This document shows positions 1-6,896 of a stretch of DNA of 32,000 nt, piece after piece. This DNA comes from an uncultured archaeon. GTDB taxonomy: Archaea; Asgardarchaeota; Thorarchaeia; Thorarchaeales; Thorarchaeaceae. The stretch covers positions 1-32,000 of the forward strand of contig CAYHAA010000003.1 in assembly GCA_964354495.1 (NCBI GenBank), written 5' to 3'. The notes below the pieces were generated by a model that had not been told where the DNA came from, did not search any database, and saw only the letters and a program-made list of their open reading frames with translations. Numbering within the stretch: the first letter of the stretch is position 1; every line of letters starts with the position of its first letter. Position numbers and translations under genes: made by a program.

Positions 1-1107
1 GCGGGAGCAGAACTCGAGGATGAGGTCGTGGCTATTGCCAAAAAACATGGAATTCGTGTGATAGGCCCCAACTGTGTAGGTGTAGTCGATACTCACAGTC
101 ACATTGACACTTTCTTCCTACCTGAATACAGGTGTGGACGGCCAAGGCCAAGTAATGTCGCGAACATCTCGCTAGTGTCTCAGTCTGGCGCCTTCGCCGC
201 AGCAATCTCGGACTGGACTGCGGAACTTGGTCTTGGAATCAGTAAGCTGATTAGTCTGGGGAACAAATGCGATGTCGATGATGATGACCTTCTTGGCTAC
301 CTGGCAGAGGATTCAACCACTCAGGTCATTTGTTACTATACGGAAGGGTATGATGAACTGAAGGGTAGGACTTTCTTTGATACAGCCAAGAAGGTAACAC
401 CGTATAAGCCAATACTTGTCGTGAAATCTGGCAAGGGAAGTAAGGCTAGGGCAGCAGCAAGTTCGCATACAGGATCCCTTGCTGGCTCGGATAGGATTGC
501 GGACGCTGCATATGAGCAGTCGGGAGTCATCAGAGTGGACAACTTCGAGCACATGTTTGATGCAGCCAAAGCCTTGGCAATGCAGCCCGCAGCCAAGGGG
601 AATCGGGTTCTAATGATCACAAACGGAGGCGGTCTTGGTGTAATGACCACCGATGCGCTCGAGGCACTCAATCTTGCGATACCAAGTCCCTCCGAGGATC
701 TCAGCAAGAAACTCCACGAACGACTTCCGGCCTATTGCGCTGTTGGCAATCCGATTGATGTCGTGGGTGATACAGATGCATCAAGATACGATGCTGTATT
801 CAAGGAAGCAATCGAGAGTGGAGAATATGACATGTTTGTAGTAGGCATGCTCCTACAGACACCAAGTCTTGGTATGGATATCACAAATGTAATAGCGAAT
901 TATCAGCGCGTGTCCGGTCTGCCCTTCGTAGTGGTTTCCATGGGGGGTGCATTCACGACAAAAGCAGGAGAGATAATGGAGCTCATGGGAGTACCCACTT
1001 ATGCTACTGGCGAGAAGGCGGCTCTAGCGGCAGAGGCATTGGCAAAATATGGAGAAATCAAGTACGGAGATAAGTTCAACAAGACACTAATCTCTGATAA
1101 ACCATAA
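1..1107 (+). CDS. acdA: Acetate/acyl-CoA ligase (ADP-forming) alpha subunit, 5'-partial
   Basis: Frame is open from base 1. Motifs RVIGPNCVG, SLVSQSGA, SLGNKCDV, the phospho-His region AASSHTGSLAG, TNGGGLG and NPIDVVGD. Directly upstream of the beta subunit. Confidence 0.92.
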   Translation, partial: AGAELEDEVVAIAKKHGIRVIGPNCVGVVDTHSHIDTFFLPEYRCGRPRPSNVANISLVSQSGAFAAAISDWTAELGLGISKLISLGNKCDVDDDDLLGYLAEDSTTQVICYYTEGYDELKGRTFFDTAKKVTPYKPILVVKSGKGSKARAAASSHTGSLAGSDRIADAAYEQSGVIRVDNFEHMFDAAKALAMQPAAKGNRVLMITNGGGLGVMTTDALEALNLAIPSPSEDLSKKLHERLPAYCAVGNPIDVVGDTDASRYDAVFKEAIESGEYDMFVVGMLLQTPSLGMDITNVIANYQRVSGLPFVVVSMGGAFTTKAGEIMELMGVPTYATGEKAALAAEALAKYGEIKYGDKFNKTLISDKP

Positions 1108-1151
1108 AAGGAAAGAACAAAGTCAGGAATCTAGGCGAGGTCTGGATAGAG

Positions 1152-1886
1152 ATGAAGGAAGCAAAGAAGATCTTCAAGACTGCACTTGCAGAGGGCAGAA
1201 CATTCGTTCTGGAACATGAAGCCAAAGACATAATGAGAGCCTACGGTATTCCGGTACCTCCATACAGCACAGCCACAACTGCTGATGAAGCCGTAGCCAA
1301 GGCGAAGGATATCGGGTTTCCAGTGGTACTGAAGATTCTCTCCAAGGATATCTTGCACAAGTCTGATGCTGGTGGGGTCAAGATCAATCTCAAGAGTGTA
1401 GGCGAGGTCCGAAAGGCGTTCAATGAGATAATAGAAAATGCAAAGAACTATGGTCGTGAGAAAGGAATCGATGTGGACCTAAGCCGGGGTGTTTTCGTTT
1501 CTGACTTTGCAGATATGGGAACTGAGATTATTGTGGGTGTCACCAAAGACCCACAGTTCGGCCACGCACTGATGGTCGGACTCGGAGGAATATTCGTTGA
1601 AGTCCTCAAAGATGTATCCTTCAGATTGATTCCATTCACCGAATCTGACGCAAGAGAGATGCTGAAAGAACTCAAGGCGTACAAGATACTGGAGGGGATA
1701 CGAGGTGAGGCGCCCAGAGATGTGGATGCCTTGGTCAAGATTATGCTCTCAGTGTCAAAGATGGTTGAAGAGAATCCGGAAATCACTGAGCTGGACTGCA
1801 ATCCAACCTTTGTGTACAAGGTTGGAGAGGGTGCTCTTGTGGTCGACGCTCGAATTTTAATTGACAATCCAAACAAGAAAGGCTAG
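1152..1886 (+). CDS. acdB: Acetate/acyl-CoA ligase (ADP-forming) beta subunit (ATP-grasp)
   Basis: LEHEAKDIMRAYGIPVP, GFPVVLKILS..ILHKSDAGGV, EIIVGVTKDPQFG, ELDCNP, VDARI. Confidence 0.92.
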   Translation: MKEAKKIFKTALAEGRTFVLEHEAKDIMRAYGIPVPPYSTATTADEAVAKAKDIGFPVVLKILSKDILHKSDAGGVKINLKSVGEVRKAFNEIIENAKNYGREKGIDVDLSRGVFVSDFADMGTEIIVGVTKDPQFGHALMVGLGGIFVEVLKDVSFRLIPFTESDAREMLKELKAYKILEGIRGEAPRDVDALVKIMLSVSKMVEENPEITELDCNPTFVYKVGEGALVVDARILIDNPNKKG

Positions 1887-3079
1887 CCGCTAATCAGAGC
1901 ATAGAGAAGAATTAGCCCTCGTTTCAAATCAGAGTCCTCAAGAGGCGCTGCAGGGGACTCCGTTGTCTTGCTTGCTAAGAGAAGAAGCAATGCTGTTATT
2001 CGTGGCACCAGTCGTGCGTATTGCAGTAAGAAGTCCTTGTTTCCGGTCGAATCGACAATCAGGCTCTCTAGTCTTCTCGTGATGAATTGAATTCGCTCAT
2101 CAACGCCGTTGGCTGGACGCAGACCCTTGAAGATAGTGACCGCCGAAGACGCGTCTTTAAGAAAATCAGAGGACACGCCGACTCTCTCTATAATCTCCAT
2201 TGATCCGATAATGATAGACTCGTAGTGTTCTTCCTCTAGTCTATCAAGCTTCTGCTTGACTCCCTGAAGCTGTCCAAGCAGTTTTAGTGAGTTAGTCAAT
2301 ATTGAACGAGAGGCACCAGAGGTGGCAACTGCCAGCTTCCCAAGATAGTCGCTGTGAACTCTCTCAAGATTGGCAGCAACTGATGCATTTAGCTTCTTCT
2401 CAAAACCCGGAGAGAATGCCACTCTTGCGGCAAGAGGGAGAACAGGATGAGTTCCAAGTTTCCTTATCGCAGTCAGTGCCTTGTAGTCATTTGCGTCAAC
2501 ATAGAAGAGAAGAATGCGGGTAGTATCATATGCGGTTTCAAAATCATCCTCGGTCGTGACATTTCTGCCTTGACTCTTGCATGCAAAGGCGCAGAGAAGA
2601 ACCCATGTGGACAGCATGTCATTGCAGAGACTCTCCATCTCCTTCTGATTTCCAACCTCGTGCTCTTCAAGAAAACGCGATAGCTTTTCGGTGGCTGCTG
2701 AAATTCGCTGGAGCGTGTTCCCGCCCACACTGAGGTCTGCGATTGATTTGATGAAACTTCGGGCGTCACGGGAGGCAGGTCTGAGGATGAGCACGGGGTC
2801 CTGTCGAGTGACCGTCCACCATTTTGATGTAGAGGTGAGATAGTCGAGCAAATCAACGGCAAGAGTAACATCGGATTGGCCCGCAGTGGTTCTCGAATTG
2901 AGATGTGCATTCAATCGAGTAATCAATCGGAGGAACCTTGTGACATGAACGGAGAGTTTCTCACCTGCAAAGACACAATCTGTAAATCTGGCAACGATTG
3001 AATCGACCTGCGATTGTATACCATCCTCGAGCTGAGTTTTCACAAGACTACGGTACACATCAACTGGAGTTCTTGCCAA
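1883..3079 (-). CDS. Hypothetical protein with about four tandem AAA+ lid-like helical repeats
   Basis: 398-aa ORF with no P-loop. Recurring units such as LRLITRLNAHLNSRTTAGQSDVTLAVDLL and VLLCAFACKSQGRNVTTEDDFETAY. The repeat interpretation is by eye only. Confidence 0.6.
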   Translation of the reverse strand: MARTPVDVYRSLVKTQLEDGIQSQVDSIVARFTDCVFAGEKLSVHVTRFLRLITRLNAHLNSRTTAGQSDVTLAVDLLDYLTSTSKWWTVTRQDPVLILRPASRDARSFIKSIADLSVGGNTLQRISAATEKLSRFLEEHEVGNQKEMESLCNDMLSTWVLLCAFACKSQGRNVTTEDDFETAYDTTRILLFYVDANDYKALTAIRKLGTHPVLPLAARVAFSPGFEKKLNASVAANLERVHSDYLGKLAVATSGASRSILTNSLKLLGQLQGVKQKLDRLEEEHYESIIIGSMEIIERVGVSSDFLKDASSAVTIFKGLRPANGVDERIQFITRRLESLIVDSTGNKDFLLQYARLVPRITALLLLLASKTTESPAAPLEDSDLKRGLILLYALISG

Positions 3080-3152
3080 CGACGAACTGTCTCCTGCCTA
3101 TGAACCCTGCTGACTTATCTTATAAAAGACTGTGTCATGATGATATGAAACC

Positions 3153-3920
3153 TCATTTTCCATATCTGCGGGATCGCATACCATAGGACCTGAGCGCTCT
3201 CCAGATATCTATCCTTCTCACTGCAGGCCAGTAGATCTGAGCAAAGTATAGCTCAGAGTAGGCAGACTGCCAGAGAAGGAATCCTGAGAGGCGTTCCTCG
3301 CCAGAGGTTCTGATGATGAGGTCAGGATCGGGTATGCCGCTCGTGTAGAGGTTCTCCTCAATCACATCTTCAGTGACTTCAGATGCGCTCATCTGCCCCG
3401 TTTCTATCCTCTCTCCAATGGCTCGCACGGCATCTACAAGCTCGGCTCGCCCCGAGTATCCAATGGCTATGTTGAGAATGTGATCTTTGTAGTCCTTTGT
3501 ATCCTCTTCTGCAGCATGAATCGCATCCTGAACTTCCTTTGGCAAGAGATCCACTCGTCCGATTGCACTGATTCGCACCTTGTGACGATGAACATCTGGG
3601 TTCCCAACGACTTCACGGAATTTCTCCTTGGCCAAACTCATTATCTGATTGACCTCTTCCTTGCTTCGTTGAAAGTTCTCAATCGAAAAGGCATAAATCG
3701 TGCAGACTTTGACATTGGCCTCCCAGAGAATACGAAGCACCTCCAATACTTTGGCAGCCCCCTTCTGATGGCCAAACCAGGGAACTTCCATTCCGTGCTT
3801 CTTCGCATACCTACGATTTCCATCCAAGATTATTCCGACATGCTTGGGTGCGAGCTTCTTGTCTAACTGTCTGTATAGGAAATATTCGTACAGTCTATAG
3901 ACAGGGCCGGCCAAGTTCAA
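3153..3920 (-). CDS. uppS: cis-prenyltransferase (undecaprenyl-diphosphate synthase family)
   Basis: PKHVGIILDGNRRYA, GHQKG, YAFSIENFQRS, PDPDLIIRTSGEERLSGFLLWQSAYSELYF. Confidence 0.96.
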   Translation of the reverse strand: MNLAGPVYRLYEYFLYRQLDKKLAPKHVGIILDGNRRYAKKHGMEVPWFGHQKGAAKVLEVLRILWEANVKVCTIYAFSIENFQRSKEEVNQIMSLAKEKFREVVGNPDVHRHKVRISAIGRVDLLPKEVQDAIHAAEEDTKDYKDHILNIAIGYSGRAELVDAVRAIGERIETGQMSASEVTEDVIEENLYTSGIPDPDLIIRTSGEERLSGFLLWQSAYSELYFAQIYWPAVRRIDIWRALRSYGMRSRRYGK

Positions 3921-3994
3921 TTAGTAACACTCTCTGCAGTGAGAGTATCTGAAAAATGACCCCTAATAGAGTTGACGTTGTTTGAGCAAGTGTT

Positions 3995-4366
3995 CTAGAT
4001 CATCTGAGCAATCTTCTCAGCAGCTCGCTTCATGTCTAGGAATATGAGCCCGAGTTTTGCATTGGCAGTGGTAGATACTGTTAGGCACGCATTCATACCT
4101 GCCTGAATCACCAGAAGCCAGCCATCCACACCCTTGATATTCACCTGTTCGAGGTTACCCTTTCCAAGCTCGATAGCGGCCTTCTCACCGAGAGTCAACA
4201 TCGCTGCGGTCATAGCAGCAACCTTCGCCTCATCCACATCCGTTGGAAGAGCAGAAACTATCGGGAGTCCTTCAACACTCACAATGGCACAAGCTTCAAT
4301 CTCAGGAATACTTCCCTGTAGTTCATTGAGAACTCCTTCGAGTGTGTTTTCACGGGACTCTCTCAT
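3995..4366 (-). CDS. Roadblock/LC7 (MglB-like) domain protein
   Basis: IEACAIVSVEGLPIVS..DEAKVAAMTAAMLTLGEKAAIELGKGNLEQVNIKG..LGLIFLDMKRAA pattern; 17 nt downstream of mglA. Confidence 0.9.
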   Translation of the reverse strand: MRESRENTLEGVLNELQGSIPEIEACAIVSVEGLPIVSALPTDVDEAKVAAMTAAMLTLGEKAAIELGKGNLEQVNIKGVDGWLLVIQAGMNACLTVSTTANAKLGLIFLDMKRAAEKIAQMI

Positions 4367-4383
4367 CTTGTTTCACCTGTAAT

Positions 4384-4956
4384 TCACTTGTACATCCTTT
4401 TGAGTATGACCTCTCGCGCTATTGCTTGGAACGCCCTTTTAACTCCTACACCTTGGACTGCAATGGTCTCATAGATGGGAACGTTGCCTCCAAGGCCGAG
4501 CAAGTCGAGCATCTCGTCACGCGACATTCTATTGGGTAGGTCTCTCTTGTTGAGCATAACCACTATGGGAATCTCACGCCCTAGAGCGTCTCCTAGGAAC
4601 AGCTTCAACTCTTCAAAACTCTCAGTGTTCTCATCACGTTGATCGGGGGATGAGTCAGCGACAAAGAGAATTCCATCCGTGCCCTGTAGGACGACCTTTC
4701 TCTGATGGCGGTGCCGTTTCTGTCCAGCCACGGTGAACACATCAAAGAGGACACGGCCTCCAGCCGACATCGGAACGTAGTCAAAGAACAGGGTTCTATT
4801 CGTTTCATCCTCAATCGCAGTGAATTCGCCCTTCTGGAGACCCTCCACTTTTCCGTACATCCAACGAAGTGCAGTGGTCTTTCCACCAAGTGAAGGACCA
4901 TAGAATACCAGCTTCAGATGGATTCTGCCCTTGTCATCCTTGCGAATTGCTAACAC
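4384..4956 (-). CDS. mglA: MglA-family small GTPase
   Basis: G1 KLVFYGPSLGGKTT, switch I ETNRTLFFD, G3 TVAGQ, DGILFVADS, G4 NKRD, G5 ETIA. GTG start. Confidence 0.9.
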   Translation of the reverse strand: MLAIRKDDKGRIHLKLVFYGPSLGGKTTALRWMYGKVEGLQKGEFTAIEDETNRTLFFDYVPMSAGGRVLFDVFTVAGQKRHRHQRKVVLQGTDGILFVADSSPDQRDENTESFEELKLFLGDALGREIPIVVMLNKRDLPNRMSRDEMLDLLGLGGNVPIYETIAVQGVGVKRAFQAIAREVILKRMYK

Positions 4957-5189
4957 CTCATTCTTTCACTGCTAGCCCGGACATGTTTCCAGATGGACCT
5001 TGGATTCTTGTCCGAACTGAGGTCCATGTTCTGGGAGGTTTGTTGAGTTAAAAATCTAGCCTAATAAAAGCCTTTGTGGCATAACAGGGCTTCATGGAGG
5101 CAGCCTCAATACAACTCACAGTACATGGTAATATGAACTGAATAGTGATAGCTGTGATTCCTGTTAAATTGTGTGTATTACTTGGAAAT

Positions 5190-5225
5190 TCACACACGTT
5201 CAAGCTGGGCCAGAGCTGATTTAAT
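5190..5225 (-). repeat. Diverged direct-repeat copy of the last 12 codons of the Roadblock gene 5914..6393
   Basis: Minus strand reads ATT AAA TCA GCT CTG GCC CAG CTT GAA CGT GTG TGA (IKSALAQLERV*), versus LKSALAELERV* at 5914-5949; 28/36 nt identical. Confidence 0.85.
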
Positions 5226-5268
5226 AAATGAATAATGTGTCTACAGACGGGAATAGGAGGAATCAAAT

Positions 5269-5871
5269 CTGCATACTCCAGATGCAATAGATGACCTGCA
5301 GACTGGAAAAGACGAGGCGCAGGCAATCCTACGCCCCATTCTGATATCTTTCGGATTGGCAATAATTGGACTAATCTACATACTAACAATTCCTCTCAGA
5401 TGGTTACCCGCTGCCTACCTGATTCCGGGTTACTCACTGGTAATTGTGGGTATAGGAGGACTATTACTCTTAGTGCGTCTGACGGTTCGACGAATATCAC
5501 CAGATACAGAGTTGGATCTCACACTAGCAATTATCAATGCCGCAGGATTTGTGATTCTCCTCTTTCCTCTGACACCAACAAGAGGATACGTGGAGCCGGG
5601 GCAGCCCTTCGGGTTTATACTTGGCTTTCATACCTCATTGTGGCCTCTGTTTGTGGCAGCGGGCGTTTCAGTACTACTAGTCACGAGGTTGTTGAGAAGA
5701 ACTACAGGGCGAGAGAAACCACTCTTCATGATTGCCAGTTTTGTTCTAGGTTTCATTACGATAGCACTATGCTGGTTTCTACTTCCTATTCTGAACGAGA
5801 TAACTCCTTCTCACATTGCAGGACTCGTCATATTCGTTCAAACTCTGATATTGCAGTTGTCTAAGCTTTGA
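5269..5871 (+). CDS. Hypothetical multi-pass membrane protein; start uncertain (CTG 5269 or TTG 5356)
   Basis: About 5-6 hydrophobic segments. Frame open from 5257. AGGAGG at 5255-5260 lies 8 nt before an in-frame CTG at 5269. Confidence 0.65.
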   Translation: MHTPDAIDDLQTGKDEAQAILRPILISFGLAIIGLIYILTIPLRWLPAAYLIPGYSLVIVGIGGLLLLVRLTVRRISPDTELDLTLAIINAAGFVILLFPLTPTRGYVEPGQPFGFILGFHTSLWPLFVAAGVSVLLVTRLLRRTTGREKPLFMIASFVLGFITIALCWFLLPILNEITPSHIAGLVIFVQTLILQLSKL

Positions 5872-5913
5872 GATGCTCTTCCGTGTAGACTTGAAGTGAG
5901 ATGTGAGCGGTTT

Positions 5914-6393
5914 TCAAACACGTTCAAGTTCTGCCAGGGCTGACTTGAGGTCTTCCTCATCAAGCTCGGCATCCTTGGGAGACAATGGCTCTACGGCCAG
6001 GAATTTGGCGAGCTCATCGGCAAGCTGCACGCCCTGTTTCTTCATTACGAGGCGAATCAGACCAATGTTGACCTCTGCCTCCGATACAACACAGAGTACA
6101 CCTTTTCCACAGGCCGAGGCGAAAATCTTGCCCTCTGAGAATTCAGATGTGACTATCTCAAGCTCCCCAATCTGCAGGTTCTTGCCCTGCTCCTCACTTG
6201 CACAGAAGACCGCACTGGCAATGGCTCCGATGCTGTCCACATCCACGGGGTAGTAGGACAACTTGGATACATTGGCAATTGTGAGTCCTGTCTTATCTAC
6301 AAGTATGACCTTCTTGATGCCTTTGTCTTGACGGATGATCTCGGTCAGTATCTTATCGAAGGCTTTTGGATCACTCATTCCAGTAAACTCCAT
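5914..6393 (-). CDS. mglB: Roadblock/LC7 MglB-like protein with acidic C-terminal helix
   Basis: VILVDKTGLTIA..SIGAIASAVFCASEEQGKNLQIGEL..NIGLIRLVMKK core, then the tail AELDEEDLKSALAELERV. Confidence 0.85.
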   Translation of the reverse strand: MEFTGMSDPKAFDKILTEIIRQDKGIKKVILVDKTGLTIANVSKLSYYPVDVDSIGAIASAVFCASEEQGKNLQIGELEIVTSEFSEGKIFASACGKGVLCVVSEAEVNIGLIRLVMKKQGVQLADELAKFLAVEPLSPKDAELDEEDLKSALAELERV

Positions 6394-6693
6394 TCAATCA
6401 TTGTTCTTGAGGACGACTAATATTAGGCCCTCTTTGACTTCCGGTGCGATGTTGATCTGACCCTTATTGGTGTCCAGGGTCAGGAATGACAGCGTCCCCT
6501 CCCGAAGCTCCCTCACTGCGTCGAGGGCTTTACCCACGAGAGAGGTTATGATTGCAGCGACGCTCTCCGTCGTTTCAGGGTCCAGATCACTGCTAAGTGG
6601 AAGACCCTCCATGGTGGTCACCACGACTCCACGAACACCTTCCTGTGCTTTGAGCCTTGACAGGATGGACTGGAGTTTTTCTTGTGTGATCAC
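6394..6693 (-). CDS. Roadblock/LC7 protein (short, dynein light chain roadblock-like)
   Basis: 99 aa; LSRLKAQEGVRGVVVTTMEGLPLSS..EINIAP..LILVVLK-type pattern. Its TGA directly abuts the ATG of the next Roadblock gene. Confidence 0.88.
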   Translation of the reverse strand: MITQEKLQSILSRLKAQEGVRGVVVTTMEGLPLSSDLDPETTESVAAIITSLVGKALDAVRELREGTLSFLTLDTNKGQINIAPEVKEGLILVVLKNND

Positions 6694-6791
6694 CGCACGG
6701 AATCCTCGCTACTTTCAGCTGTGCACTAACAACAACTACGCCGCAGTTGACTATTTTAGACTTGTGGAGATATGTTGCTGTGCGACGTGCA

Positions 6792-6805
6792 AAAATGCGC
6801 ATTTT
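6792..6805. promoter_or_regulatory. Perfect 14-bp palindrome, possible transcription-factor operator
   Basis: AAAATGCGCATTTT, about 100 nt upstream of the Roadblock gene starting at 6693. Confidence 0.35.
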
Positions 6806-6830
6806 GAACTGATATTCCGGTGTGTTACAC

Positions 6831-6868
6831 GGGAAAAGAAGAGAGCCGTGCATCACTTGAGCACGGCT
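6831..6868 (-). terminator. Hairpin plus pyrimidine tract downstream of the Sec23/24-like gene
   Basis: Minus strand AGCCGTGC-TCAAGTGAT-GCACGGCT (8-bp stem, 6844-6868) followed by CTCTTCTTTTCCC, about 30 nt after the stop codon. Confidence 0.6.
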
Positions 6869-6896
6869 GCCCAGTCCACAGATCACTAATGAGGTG

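Noticed and set aside
4384-4956. Calling the GTPase Sar1/Arf because a Sec23/24-like gene is nearby
   Set aside because: Motifs RTLFFD, TVAGQ and GPSLGGKTT are MglA-type; there is no DxxGQ G3 or N-terminal amphipathic helix.
5048-5389. 113-aa minus-strand ORF between mglA and the insert
   Set aside because: No recognisable features, overlaps the membrane gene, and is in a different frame from the duplicated IKSALAQLERV segment.
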